In this document: one piece after another, positions 26,844 through 37,631 of the stretch
Layout: each line of letters opens with the position of its first letter
Numbering within the stretch: position 1 is the stretch's first letter
NCBI GenBank assembly: GCA_964589445.1
Contig: CAZPQX010000005.1
Coordinates: 1 to 55,721 of the forward strand
Direction: 5' to 3'
DNA from: an uncultured Candidatus Saccharibacteria bacterium
GTDB lineage: Bacteria; Patescibacteriota; Minisyncoccia; Phycocordibacterales; WO2-35-19
DNA length: 55,721 nt
Notes under the pieces: generated by a model
Told to the model about the DNA's origin: nothing
The model's database searches: none
The model's input: only the letters and a program-made list of their open reading frames with translations
Translations under genes and position numbers: made by a program

Positions 26844-27128
26844 ATGGTCTTGACCGATGTAGACATTAAAAAGTTTCAGGCACTCTACCGAAGTGAGTTC
26901 GGGAAGGAAATAAGTGCTGAGCAAGCCTACGAGCAAGGCATCAAACTTGTGCGGCTTATGTCTGCTATCTATCGGCCGATGACCAAAGAGCAATTTGAAA
27001 AGATTCAGAAGCATAGAGAATCTACACTCCCTTTATTAATCAAAAGAATTACCCAAGATGAACTGGAAACCAGACCTCAATTCGTGGAAGGAACGCAAGA
27101 GAATGAGAGCAACAAGCCTCTTGCGTGA
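26844..27128 (+). CDS. Hypothetical protein
   Basis: 94-aa ORF starting 2 nt after the previous stop. Confidence 0.45.
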   Translation: MVLTDVDIKKFQALYRSEFGKEISAEQAYEQGIKLVRLMSAIYRPMTKEQFEKIQKHRESTLPLLIKRITQDELETRPQFVEGTQENESNKPLA

Positions 27129-28038
27129 TATTCCCTTCGATCGGCTACGCCCAAAAGATAAACCAACTCGTTATTTTGTAGACAACGAGTATGTTGATGG
27201 TTGGTATGTAGCGAAGCTCCCCAGACTTTGTGGTGCCGTTTTGAATGTTCTCTTAAGGCATTGCAACACTGAAACTCAAGGAGCTTTTCCAAGCATCAAA
27301 CGACTGCTGAAATTTACTGGCGAGAAAAATCCGACCAGCATAAGCAAAGCTATTCAGATTCTTGAAGATCATGGAATTATTATTGTCCAAAGAGGCCAAC
27401 ATGGTTTTGGCAGGTCCAATCTCTATGCATTTCAAAGCTCGATCTTTTGGAAATCTTTGGATGAAAACTCGCCGCGTATTAAGCTATCAAATTGGAAAGG
27501 AAGATATCAAAAATCAAGAAATAATGATATCAAACCCGATGATAATTCAGTAAAAAGCAGTGAAATTGATACTCTAACTAACCTAAATAATAACTCTCCT
27601 AAAGAGTTAAATAACCAAATAAAGTCCATGGCTGACCAGATGAGAATAAACAAAAAGCCACAGAGAGTTGCTATTCCAGAGGGTTCTAGCAATACTTGGG
27701 TTCCGCCCTGGCACAGGCCTGACAACAAGGGAAAATTAGGGCAAAATAGGGATAATAATGCACCTGTAAGTACGGGAGAAATGCAGGATCAGAGGAATCC
27801 CGTAAATACGGGTAAATTACGGGAAACGAATGATATCAATTTTGATAACATTGAGTCCGAAATAGCGGTGGAAAAACGGTCAGGAGATGATATCAATTCT
27901 GATAACATCCAACCGTTAAAAAACGGTGAAAAAACGGAGTTAGACGAAATAGAGCGGAATAAAGCGGAAGAACTCACAAATCCTCTTTACTTAAATAACA
28001 TTAGGGATGAGGATATAAGTGCAGGCAGTGCAGGATAA
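27058..28038 (+). CDS. wHTH replication-initiator-like protein with a low-complexity C-terminal half
   Basis: FPSIKRLLKFTGEKNPTSISKAIQILEDHGIIIVQRGQHGFGRSNLY is the wHTH type seen in plasmid/phage Rep/DnaD-like proteins. The start is uncertain (27058 or 27103). The 3' half contains DNA repeats. Confidence 0.5.
   Translation: MNWKPDLNSWKERKRMRATSLLRDIPFDRLRPKDKPTRYFVDNEYVDGWYVAKLPRLCGAVLNVLLRHCNTETQGAFPSIKRLLKFTGEKNPTSISKAIQILEDHGIIIVQRGQHGFGRSNLYAFQSSIFWKSLDENSPRIKLSNWKGRYQKSRNNDIKPDDNSVKSSEIDTLTNLNNNSPKELNNQIKSMADQMRINKKPQRVAIPEGSSNTWVPPWHRPDNKGKLGQNRDNNAPVSTGEMQDQRNPVNTGKLRETNDINFDNIESEIAVEKRSGDDINSDNIQPLKNGEKTELDEIERNKAEELTNPLYLNNIRDEDISAGSAG
27733..27825. repeat. Second set of phased TAGGG / TACGGG repeats, inside the Rep-like ORF
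   Basis: TAGGG at 27737 and 27747. TACGGG at 27771, 27807 and 27818 (10-11 bp phasing within pairs). Confidence 0.4.
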
Positions 28039-28044
28039 ATTACC

Positions 28045-29628
28045 ATGAACCAAACTACACCAAGAACACTCTTCATATACGCCAGAAAATCCTCTGAAAG
28101 TGAGGACAGGCAGGTTCAGTCTATCGACGATCAAGTGAACCGCCTAAAGGAGCTGGCAAACAGCCTAGGAATCACTATTAAAGAAGTTCTGACAGAAGCT
28201 AAATCTGCCAAGAAGCCTTATTGCCGACCAGTCTTCGATGACATGCTCAAACGCATTCAGCGAGGCGAAGCTGACGGCATTCTTTGTTGGCAACTAAATC
28301 GACTTTCTCGAAACCCAGTTGATAGCGGAGCTCTCAGTTGGATGTTGCAGCAAGGAGTTTTAAAATGTATTCAGACGATTGATCGCCAGTACTTACCTGA
28401 CGATAACGTTCTCCTTTTTAGTGTTGAAAGCGGAATGGCAAATCAATTCATCATTGATCTTAAGAAAAACAGTATGCGTGGAATGGTTGGGAAAGCTGAT
28501 CGAGGTTGGCTACCCTCTCGTGCTCCTATCGGATATTTAAATGACAAACTTGAGCATATAATTATCGGGGATAAAGAGCGTTTTGATTTGGTCCGCAAGA
28601 TGTGGGACATGATGCTTACCGGCAACTATACTCCTCCACAGATTTTAAAGATTGCGAATGATAAGTGGGGTTTTAGAACTGCAAAAACTAAACGAGGTGG
28701 TGGCGGTGAACTCGCCAGCAGCGTGATTTATAAGATGTTCACCAATATCTTCTACACCGGCATGTTTGAGTGGTCCGGCAAGCTGTATAAGGGCAACCAT
28801 AAGCCCATGATTAGCCTTGAGGAGTATGATCGGGTCCAGGCTCTTATGGGTCGTAATGGTAAGCCTCGAGCAAAGACCCATGAATTTGCTTATACCGGCC
28901 TTATTTACTGTGAAGAATGTGGTTCGATGTACACCGCAAGTGAAAAGATAAAGTTTGTTAAGAAAACAAACACCTTTGAGAAATATGTTTACTACAACTG
29001 TACCCGTCGTAAGAAAGGCACTAAGTGTACTCAAAGAAGCCCCGTTACTCTTAAACAGTTAGAGGACCAGGTTGATATTGAACTTGAACGATATACCATC
29101 TTACCCAAATTCAAAGACTGGGCTCTTGAGATTTTGAATAGAGAAAATAATAAAGAGATTGAGGACCGAACCAAGGTCTACGAAACACAGCATAAAGCAG
29201 TCGCCGAAACTCAAAAAGAAATTGATGCTCTTACAAAGATGCGTTACCGAGAATTAATTGATGATGAGACCTTCGTAAAAGAGCGTGATGGATTGAAAGA
29301 TAAAATAACAAAGCTTAAGAGCAATCTCCGAAACACTGAGAACCGAGCCGATAAGTGGCTAGAGCTCATCGAAAAGGCATTTAGCTTTGCCTGCTATGCC
29401 AGAGAAAACTTTAATTCTGGGACCTTGGAGAGGAAGCGAGAGATCTTCTCCGCACTCGGTTGGAACTTTTCAATAAAGGACCAAATAGTGAGGATTAAAG
29501 CCAACGATTGGTTTGTTCCAATAGAAAAAGCATATCCAGAGCTTGAAGCTGAATATCGTCGGTTGGAACTACAGAAATACCTTACAGCTGAGGCACGAAA
29601 TGCCGCTTTCGCTCACCTAATTCTTTCT

Positions 29629-29658
<30 letters not shown>
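28045..29658 (+). CDS. Large serine recombinase
   Basis: Resolvase catalytic domain (IYARKSSESEDRQVQSIDDQ, GILCWQLNRLSRN), recombinase domain, Cys-rich zinc ribbon (CEECGSMY...YYNCTRRKKGTKC), and a coiled-coil region. The last 9 codons are tRNA-His-derived sequence. Confidence 0.93.
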
Positions 29659-29706
<48 letters not shown>

Positions 29707-29748
29707 AATAGCACCCATAATTACACAAAAATATGAATTTTTCCAGAT

Positions 29749-30393
29749 TTATCGATAATCCGGAGCTTCTTCTTCGATACCAGCCAAATGGTTTGAATAT
29801 CTAGCCAAAGCATAAAGGATACTAGAAAGCCTATTGAGGTAGGCCAAAGTTTGAGAACTTATAACCTTTGGTTTCTCAATTTCATCCTGTTGAGAAGGAA
29901 AATCACTTTCAAAAAGAGTTTTATTTATCTGTTCTTCGTGTACAGCCACCACCCTCCTCTCTGCCCTCCTCGCGATAGTACGGGCGATATCGAAGATGCT
30001 ACCAAGGCCCGCTCCCCCAAGCTGCTCGCGAGTGATAAAAGGAGACGCTCCAGAAATAAAGAAAGATTTGATAGGCGGCAATGTTTTTTCTATTGTGTTT
30101 ATGATATCTTCAGCGTCTTTCACCTTCCTCTCTTCGATAGTTTTGTCTGCGCCAGCCAGCTCTGCCTGGATGATAAAAAGATTTTTCTGAATATCATGAA
30201 CTATTTTAGATAGTTTCTCTGGCCCCAAGCTAAACCCGAGGTGATTTGCCTGAGTCTTACAAAGACCCAAAAATGAGTTTATTTCGTCTAAGCTCCCAAG
30301 TGCTTCTGCTATAGCAGAGCTCTTCGAAATACGCTGATTACAACCAAAAACTTTTGTTGTGCCATTGTCCCCTTTGCCTGTAAATAAAGCCAT
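29749..30393 (-). CDS. PduO-type ATP:cob(I)alamin adenosyltransferase family protein
   Basis: N-terminal FTGKGDNGTT motif and helical bundle segments (EALGSLDEINSFLG, ARTIARRAERR). Confidence 0.8.
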   Translation of the reverse strand: MALFTGKGDNGTTKVFGCNQRISKSSAIAEALGSLDEINSFLGLCKTQANHLGFSLGPEKLSKIVHDIQKNLFIIQAELAGADKTIEERKVKDAEDIINTIEKTLPPIKSFFISGASPFITREQLGGAGLGSIFDIARTIARRAERRVVAVHEEQINKTLFESDFPSQQDEIEKPKVISSQTLAYLNRLSSILYALARYSNHLAGIEEEAPDYR

Positions 30394-30472
30394 TTTTGTT
30401 ATTTAACTACTAGTTCAATTATGCTAGCAAGCTATAGAAGTAAGTTAAAGTTGACACTTTATTTTTTTATTT

Positions 30473-33400
30473 TTAAATCTCAAAAACCTTATTTATTATC
30501 ATTTCACTACCCACCTTAACCTTAAATTCTTTTATTAGAGTATTTGTACTATCCCCAATACTCTTTATACCGAGAAGGTATTGCCCAGGTGCACACTTCA
30601 GGAAAAATCTGCCGTTTTTATCTGTCACAGTCTTTGCGACCACAATCTCCCGCATCGACTCATGCCTAAGTTCTAGAAGCAGATTTTCTGTAGCAAGCTC
30701 TGAACTCACTATCCTTCCAGACAAATGTGGGTCTGGAATGTATTTATTTAACCAAGCAAGTAATGTATAAACTACAGCAAAAATAATATTTATAACTGAA
30801 GGATTATTTATGAGCAAAATAAATATTATTACGAAACCTCCCCAGAATAATATTTTGAGTAGCCAAGTGACAAAATACTCAAGTTTTGCATTCAACTTAC
30901 CCGCACCACTTCTAGCCTTTTCTTCCTGATTCCAATCTTTTTCTACTGGATCCATTGGTATATTTGGAGCTATCACATCTTTGACATCAAGCACTTCAAA
31001 TTCTTCCCCATGATAAACATTATTGAAAGCACCATCGACATAACCCTTAACTATTTCAGAAGGAAATTTGTAGTGAGTTTTTGAAGATCTGATCATATAA
31101 GTCCCTGGCCTATCAAGGAACCCGAAGCGTCCAAAAAGGTCAGTTATACTTTTCTCTACTACAAGCATAGTCTTGGCATCCACAAGCTCGACTATAGCAG
31201 GATCGATACCTTGTTTGTTTACAGCATCATACACAGTACCCCAAAATCTTCTCCTCTTTCTAAGCCCGAGAGAAGTGAGCAATCCCTGCATTAGACTTAC
31301 TAAAGTAAGCCACAAATCACGCATATTACTTATACTGACCATCAAACCACCTTTACTTATAGAGTATTGAACAGCCAAAACAAAAGGTGCAATCGCGGTA
31401 GAACCTATCCCTACTCTGACTTCGTCTTCAGGAATATATTCTCTCAAACTTTTTACAGAATCTACGCTATATACAGTAAAGTTAATCAATCTTCTTTGGA
31501 CTGAATTAATATTATTGAAATAATCTTTACCCAGGTTGGTTGTTTCGTTTAAGATCTTATCCGAAATAGAAGCAATAGTATCTGATATATTTTCTATAAT
31601 TTCAGAAATTGCTGGTGATGAACTAGAAGGCGCCCTAGTGCCACTCCCCACACCACTAGAGGATCCGGAGCCTGAGTTTGTTGTACCGCCAGAGCCACCA
31701 ACAGACTCTCCACTTCCTTCCGGAGAAACACTCTCGCCACCACCCCCAGGACCACTTGGAGCTTCAACAATTGGCGGAGTTGTTGAAGGAGGAGTAACAA
31801 CCGGAGGAACAGCAGCTTCGCCACCTCCAGAGCCTCTTCCACTCGAAGAGCCCCCCGACCCCCCACCAGACTGAGAACCAGCTGATGTCACGGTAGATAT
31901 GGTTATTGTATTTACGGAATTACCTGCCGCATCAGAAATCATCACATAAAACGAATATGATGTTGAAGGAGAAAGAGAAGAAAATGTCCATGTATCTGTA
32001 GAGGTGGCGCCAGAGGTTGTATCTGTCGTCACGTTTTTAAACGTATAAGGAGAAGAAGCAAGCCCTGCATGATCATCAGATGCACCAGTTATCGTAAGGG
32101 TAACAGAAGATGAGGTTACCGAAACAACAGAAGGGGTTCCAATATTGGGATCAATAGTATCAACACGAAAGGCTACACCACCTGAATTTGCCGTCGTAGT
32201 TGCCGAAGCTGCACCGTTGTTATCAGAGGCCGATACCCTCCAATAATAAGCTCCGTCAGGAATACTGCTGGTAGAATAGTAACCAAACAACCCTTGTGAA
32301 ATAAGAGCTGATGTAGATGTAGCTATAGGCGAAGAAAAATCTGCACTATCATCTATGGCTACATGGTACCTCACTGTGTCGGACACATCAGGATCTGTAA
32401 TTGTGAAAAATAGAGTAGGAGTGTTGTCGTTACCCCAAGATCCGTTTACCAAAGCAACAGGGCCAAGAGCTGAGGGTGGGTTTGGGTTTGAATTTGGATC
32501 ATAAACAAGTTGAGCATAACTACTATAAGAATCTAGAGGGTTGCCGTTAGACAATACCATCCTAAAAAAATAAGTCATTCCGCTCAGTAAACCAGAAGGA
32601 CTTAAAGAAAAGTCGAACTCAAACAACTGCCCGGCAGCGACAAGAAACGGATTATATCCTGAAGGGTTTATTTCTTCATAAGTACCTGTAGCATTTGATG
32701 TGGTGAGAAGCAAACTTGAAAGAGTGGTTCCAGAAGATAAAGATGGGTTATTATAAAAAGAAAGCGTACTTGTAGACTCTATGTTCTGCCAACCACCAGA
32801 AGAAAGATTGGATACTTGCAACCTAAAACTCTGACTCAGATCAGATAGATCACTACCACTCACAAGTAGATTCATCCTTAAACGCAAAGGATTTGATAGA
32901 GAAGAAACTGTTAGTAGTGAATTTTGCCCAGACAAAGGTGTGGTGAGTGAAAGTGAATCAGCGTTTTGATACCACCTATAATCAGCCTGCCCAAAAGACT
33001 CCCCAAAATCCCAGTTTATATTATTACCAGAGCTTGTATTGTTCCCGCCAGTTGTATCTATCGCAGTGATGTTGTTATTGTAAGAATCTTTAACATTGAT
33101 ATAACTCAAAGTTCTTGTACCTTGAGGGTCAATATACCAATAACTACCGCTGCTGCCGCTACGCAAATTTAGCAATTGCCCACTACTTCCCTGCAAGGTT
33201 AAGGTATTTAAAATTGTTTGGGTAGTACCATTCGCAAAAGTTAGAGTAAAAGAAGTAGATGTACTCTTAGTTAGATTATAAAAAGTATTGGATCCAGAAA
33301 TAGTTTGATTCCCTCCGATAAGGCTGACCAAATTATTGTTATGAGTAAATGTACCGCCGGTCCTTACCCAGTTACCATACACATTGGTAGTATTTGAAGC

Positions 33401-36400
33401 ATTAAATATACCGTTGCTTAAAGTGAAATCGCCAAAGACATTTAATGTCGAAGATGCTGGCTCAAAAGTACCTCCACTACCAGAAATCCTAAGTCCGCCA
33501 TACGTATAGTCTTTTAGAGTGTAAGTACCCGATGTTCCATAATATTCAACCGTTGAAGTAGAAGTGAAAGTTGGGTATACACTTATCGCAGTTATCGTTT
33601 CAGAACCAATCATTTTTAGAGTTCCACCTTGGCCTCTTATTGTATTTGAAGTACCTGTCGCAGAAAGATTATTACCATTCAAGTTTAATGTACCCGATGA
33701 AATGATCAGGTCCTGATTGGCAGCATTCATAAAAAGACTAGAGAGTAAAGTGACTTCCCCTTCACTTTTATTTACTGTCACATCACCATCAAACAAGTAA
33801 GGCGGTACTGTAAAATTTTGATTAAGCATGCCTGAAGTAGATGATCCTGTAAACCTCAAATCTGTGGTACCGCCATCAAATGCACTTGCGATTGTGACAT
33901 TGCCGCGCGCTTCCACCACTCCTGGGTTATGCAAAAAACCATCGTTAATATTTAGTTCATTCAAAACAATAAATGTATCCCCGGCCGCAATCGTCTTACC
34001 CGATCCTCCGTTTGGATGAAATGTTAGATTATAAAAAGTTTGGCTTTGATTAACATCCAGAGTATGACTTAGACCTGTAAATCGCGTATTGGTAGCTGAG
34101 TTAAATGTGCCACCAGATATAGTAAAAATACCAGAAAACGTCGTGGTGCCTGTCCCCCCATTAAATGTTCCTGCTGCCTGTGTATACCCCCCAGTACCAA
34201 ACGTCAAATCATAATTACCAGAATTTACTATTGGTATAGTTCCCACAAAGGCAGATGTTACTGTCGCACCATTAAAACCAGCGTGAGTGTTTAGGACTAT
34301 ACTGTCATTTGCATCCGCCGCGCTATCTAGCCTTATTATGGGTCCTGTGCCTCCGTTTACAGTCCAAGTTTGGGAAAGTGAGTCATTGGCAAAGTCGATG
34401 ACTGCACTAGAACCTTCCATGATTGAGGCCTGGATTATATTTCCCTTGGCTTGAATGGTACCAGTAGAAACATTTCCTCGACTCAAATACAAAGTACCAT
34501 TCACAACCAAAATATCACCACTACTTATAGTCTTAGAGGCTATAGAGTTGGAGTTCATAATAAGATTATAAAAATCTTGAGTAGAATTTATATTTATAGT
34601 CGTGCTATTACCATTAAACTCTGTTGTGGAAGCGGCGTTGAAGGTTCCACCTGAAATAGTAAATCCTCCTGAGATAGTAGTCGTGCCTGTCCCCCCATTA
34701 AATGTTCCTGCTGATTGAGAAAATCCGCTTGTACCTATAGTCAAAGTAAACCCATCATTTAATGTGATAGTCCCTGTATAATTAGCCGCCATAGTTATAC
34801 CGAGCACAGAAGTGTTGGCCGCTATCACGGGGTTACAATTTGTAACGCAAGTGTTGTTGAAAGTCACTGTGTCACCCGAGGTTGGCGTGATGTTACTTGA
34901 CCAGTTGTCTCCATTGCTCCATAGCGCATCGAGCCCTCCACCGTCCCAAACATAAGCAGCATTAAATGCTTCTGAGAATGCATCTCCAAACTGGAAATTT
35001 AAATGATGGTTTCCGGCTACGAGTGTCATATGACTCACCGTTGCTATATCTTCACATGACCAATTTGGATAATAGATCACATCGCCTGAAAGGATTTGAG
35101 CTCCCTCTGTCCTATCCTCACTACCACAAAACAAAGATACAAATTCGTCCTCATCTATGGTTGCCTGGTCAGCGGGTGTGATAGTGAGGTCTGCGACGCC
35201 TACAGTAGTAAAATCAACTTCCCACATATCGCCTTCTGCTGGATGAGAGTGAACATTCAAAACAGAAACCTCGACAGTTGGGTCTACGACAACTGGGTAA
35301 GTAGCAGTAGAGAGCCACACGCTATCAGGTATGACCTTTATGACACCACCTTCGCTACTAAGCACAATAGCCGAAGAAGTATTGCCGCTACTGTCATACA
35401 TCACAGGAGCCTTTATAGTGTAAAGTTTGAAAAGAGGATTTTCGCCCTTACCTTTTTTATACAAATTTATTTCCGTGTCCGAGACCTGCACGACATCAAA
35501 ATCAGACAGGTTTGCATTGTATTTAAATTCTGCAGGGTGATTTTTTTCGACAAGATCAATATACTCTTTCAAGCCATTTTCGGTTGTCTCATATCTTAGA
35601 TTGGTGTTTGTGTAAGCATTTTCATAGGTTAGAAAGCCTGATTCCCTCACTACCCTACTCTCCGCATTTTCAGCTATTGGACTTATAACCAACTGTTCCG
35701 AAAGACTTGCCGGATCTCCAAACAAAAATGGCTGCTCCAAAGTCCCTGGCACCACCATTTTTGCAGTACGAGTAGTCATCTCGAGTGAAGACACTTCTTT
35801 CTCTTCACTAGCTAATATAAGCTCATTATCAAAATTATTTAGAGGAATATTTAGATTGATAAAACTATGGAAAGTTTGCAACCAAAGTGAATCAACAAAC
35901 AACAAAATCTCTTGTGAGTCTAAATTTTCTGGGTATTTATAAGAAAGCCTAAACTTCACATCACCGAGCGAACCAACGAGTTCAGCGGGCAACTTGAGAG
36001 AGACAGTGTTTGCCAAAAAATCAGTCGTACCCATTTGTATTTCTTTAAGAGTGCCCCAACTGCTTCCATCTTTGGAATACTCGACCACGAGAAACGCACC
36101 CTCCACCATAGCTCCGGACATCGAAATTTTTAGTTCAGCACCAGATATAGTACTTGTTGAACTTTTAGAGTTTTTATCAAAAGAAAAACCAGAAAATTCC
36201 AGGTACTCTGAATTTAAAAAAATAGGAGATTCCTTTTCAATCAAAAAACCAGAAGTTTCTTCTTGTGCATGAGCTACAGGAATAATTTTTTTCAAAAAAC
36301 TTACAGTTTCTTCGATTATAGAACTACTATTTTCTGGAACCATAGCTTCAGGCGCCACTTCTTTAGGCACTATCTCCTCAGTAGGCTCGATTATTACTTC

Positions 36401-36907
36401 TTCTGCTACAGGCTCTTCCACAGCATCATTGGTCACCTCTTCATTTTCTAAAAGAATCTCCACATCACCAACTTGGCTTTCTTCTTCAGCTACCTCTCTT
36501 AAATTCACACCAGAGACTACTTCTTCTAAAGAAGTTTCTGTTAAATCAACACCTTCTCCCCATTCTTTAGATCCAACTTCTTGTTTTATAATTTCTTTTG
36601 AGACTTTGAGGTATGCAGAATTTTGAGTATTGAAATCTAGAGCTGTAGCTTTTTTAGCCACGTCTTTACCCCAGAGACTGCCTGTGTTCTGCCACTCCAG
36701 TTTAGTAGTTTCACCTTCCCCACCCAACATGGTGACTACACCAATATTATTTGGGTGCATCTCATCACTCTTACTAGTAAGCGGGATACTGAAAGCAAGT
36801 GCCACATCCACGGGTACCTGCAACACAAACACTGCCAAGACTAAAGCAAAAGATATTGCTCTAACAATTAAAGTTTTTCTTATGTACTTAAAGCTCAACA
36901 CTTTCAA
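30473..36907 (-). CDS. Giant (2144 aa) surface protein: signal peptide, beta-helix-like repeat modules, Ig/FN3-like region, Gly/Ser/Pro linker, TM segments, CarboxypepD_reg-like C-terminus
   Basis: Single uninterrupted ORF. N-terminal hydrophobic signal. Repeated GTFNGGTGTTT(I/F)SG.FTISGGTFN modules. GS/P-rich stretch. Hydrophobic helices near residues 1800-2000. C-terminal KNGRFFLKCAPGQYLL motif. Confidence 0.85.
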   Translation of the reverse strand: MKVLSFKYIRKTLIVRAISFALVLAVFVLQVPVDVALAFSIPLTSKSDEMHPNNIGVVTMLGGEGETTKLEWQNTGSLWGKDVAKKATALDFNTQNSAYLKVSKEIIKQEVGSKEWGEGVDLTETSLEEVVSGVNLREVAEEESQVGDVEILLENEEVTNDAVEEPVAEEVIIEPTEEIVPKEVAPEAMVPENSSSIIEETVSFLKKIIPVAHAQEETSGFLIEKESPIFLNSEYLEFSGFSFDKNSKSSTSTISGAELKISMSGAMVEGAFLVVEYSKDGSSWGTLKEIQMGTTDFLANTVSLKLPAELVGSLGDVKFRLSYKYPENLDSQEILLFVDSLWLQTFHSFINLNIPLNNFDNELILASEEKEVSSLEMTTRTAKMVVPGTLEQPFLFGDPASLSEQLVISPIAENAESRVVRESGFLTYENAYTNTNLRYETTENGLKEYIDLVEKNHPAEFKYNANLSDFDVVQVSDTEINLYKKGKGENPLFKLYTIKAPVMYDSSGNTSSAIVLSSEGGVIKVIPDSVWLSTATYPVVVDPTVEVSVLNVHSHPAEGDMWEVDFTTVGVADLTITPADQATIDEDEFVSLFCGSEDRTEGAQILSGDVIYYPNWSCEDIATVSHMTLVAGNHHLNFQFGDAFSEAFNAAYVWDGGGLDALWSNGDNWSSNITPTSGDTVTFNNTCVTNCNPVIAANTSVLGITMAANYTGTITLNDGFTLTIGTSGFSQSAGTFNGGTGTTTISGGFTISGGTFNAASTTEFNGNSTTININSTQDFYNLIMNSNSIASKTISSGDILVVNGTLYLSRGNVSTGTIQAKGNIIQASIMEGSSAVIDFANDSLSQTWTVNGGTGPIIRLDSAADANDSIVLNTHAGFNGATVTSAFVGTIPIVNSGNYDLTFGTGGYTQAAGTFNGGTGTTTFSGIFTISGGTFNSATNTRFTGLSHTLDVNQSQTFYNLTFHPNGGSGKTIAAGDTFIVLNELNINDGFLHNPGVVEARGNVTIASAFDGGTTDLRFTGSSTSGMLNQNFTVPPYLFDGDVTVNKSEGEVTLLSSLFMNAANQDLIISSGTLNLNGNNLSATGTSNTIRGQGGTLKMIGSETITAISVYPTFTSTSTVEYYGTSGTYTLKDYTYGGLRISGSGGTFEPASSTLNVFGDFTLSNGIFNASNTTNVYGNWVRTGGTFTHNNNLVSLIGGNQTISGSNTFYNLTKSTSTSFTLTFANGTTQTILNTLTLQGSSGQLLNLRSGSSGSYWYIDPQGTRTLSYINVKDSYNNNITAIDTTGGNNTSSGNNINWDFGESFGQADYRWYQNADSLSLTTPLSGQNSLLTVSSLSNPLRLRMNLLVSGSDLSDLSQSFRLQVSNLSSGGWQNIESTSTLSFYNNPSLSSGTTLSSLLLTTSNATGTYEEINPSGYNPFLVAAGQLFEFDFSLSPSGLLSGMTYFFRMVLSNGNPLDSYSSYAQLVYDPNSNPNPPSALGPVALVNGSWGNDNTPTLFFTITDPDVSDTVRYHVAIDDSADFSSPIATSTSALISQGLFGYYSTSSIPDGAYYWRVSASDNNGAASATTTANSGGVAFRVDTIDPNIGTPSVVSVTSSSVTLTITGASDDHAGLASSPYTFKNVTTDTTSGATSTDTWTFSSLSPSTSYSFYVMISDAAGNSVNTITISTVTSAGSQSGGGSGGSSSGRGSGGGEAAVPPVVTPPSTTPPIVEAPSGPGGGGESVSPEGSGESVGGSGGTTNSGSGSSSGVGSGTRAPSSSSPAISEIIENISDTIASISDKILNETTNLGKDYFNNINSVQRRLINFTVYSVDSVKSLREYIPEDEVRVGIGSTAIAPFVLAVQYSISKGGLMVSISNMRDLWLTLVSLMQGLLTSLGLRKRRRFWGTVYDAVNKQGIDPAIVELVDAKTMLVVEKSITDLFGRFGFLDRPGTYMIRSSKTHYKFPSEIVKGYVDGAFNNVYHGEEFEVLDVKDVIAPNIPMDPVEKDWNQEEKARSGAGKLNAKLEYFVTWLLKILFWGGFVIIFILLINNPSVINIIFAVVYTLLAWLNKYIPDPHLSGRIVSSELATENLLLELRHESMREIVVAKTVTDKNGRFFLKCAPGQYLLGIKSIGDSTNTLIKEFKVKVGSEMIINKVFEI
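33840..34770. repeat. Internal tandem duplication (about 537-bp period) within the giant ORF
   Basis: The 31-mer GTGCCTGTCCCCCCATTAAATGTTCCTGCTG occurs at 34146 and 34683. The matching ~179-aa protein modules are clearly paralogous. Boundaries are approximate. Confidence 0.6.
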
Positions 36908-36974
36908 TTAAATTTTAGCATCTTTAAACAATGCTAAAAAACAAAAACTGTTGAAGATGAAGATATTTATTTAG

Positions 36975-37056
36975 TGCGCAGAGGGAGACTTGAACTCCCA
37001 CGCCTTGCGGCACACGCACCTCAAGCGTGCTTGTCTACCAATTCCAACACCTGCGC
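36975..37056 (-). tRNA. tRNA-Leu (anticodon GAG), long variable arm, no encoded CCA
   Basis: Hand-folded. Acceptor GCGCAGG/TCTGCGC, anticodon stem CACGC/GCGTG with loop TTGAGGT, variable arm TGCCGCAAGGCGTG, T loop TTCAAGT. Confidence 0.9.
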
Positions 37057-37134
37057 AATAGAGCCGATTATAATAGATTTTTCCAATATTTCAAAGCCAA
37101 TCAAAAACACCCGCTATTTGGGTGTTTTTGATTT

Positions 37135-37584
37135 TTATTCTTTTGGAGTTTCTTCTGTTTTTTCAGCTTCTTCCTTTGGAGCCTCTCCTTCTGACTTTAC
37201 TTCTTCAATTTCTGGCAAATCACGTATATTTCTCATCTGTCTTCTGATCTCTTTAGCCGCCTTATCTCTTATATGGTAGAGTTTTGCTCTTCTAACCTTT
37301 GATCTTCTTATTACTTCTACTTTTTCTATATTTGGAGAATATATAGGGAAAATTCTCTCTACTCCTACACCAGATGCAACCTTTCTAACCGTGAAAGTAC
37401 CTCCAGCCTCCTTACCATGCTTTACAGAAAGTATTAGACCCTCAAAAACCTGAAGTCTTGTTTTGAGCTTGCCCGTCTTCTTGTCTTTTTCAATTATTTT
37501 TTGGGTAACTTTAACAGTATCCCCAGACCTCAAGTCGAGTTTCTTTCTTTCTTCTATGTTTACTGGTGATATAACTTTGTTCAT
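37135..37584 (-). CDS. rplS: 50S ribosomal protein L19 (with charged C-terminal extension)
   Basis: GDTVKV, LQVFEGLILSVKHGKEAGGTFTVRKVASGVGVERIFPIYSP and RRAKLYHIR are L19 signatures. Confidence 0.93.
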   Translation of the reverse strand: MNKVISPVNIEERKKLDLRSGDTVKVTQKIIEKDKKTGKLKTRLQVFEGLILSVKHGKEAGGTFTVRKVASGVGVERIFPIYSPNIEKVEVIRRSKVRRAKLYHIRDKAAKEIRRQMRNIRDLPEIEEVKSEGEAPKEEAEKTEETPKE

Positions 37585-37631
37585 GTTTTTTGTTTTATTC
37601 CCTACAAATTTGGAAAAGGTTTACTTTGAGA

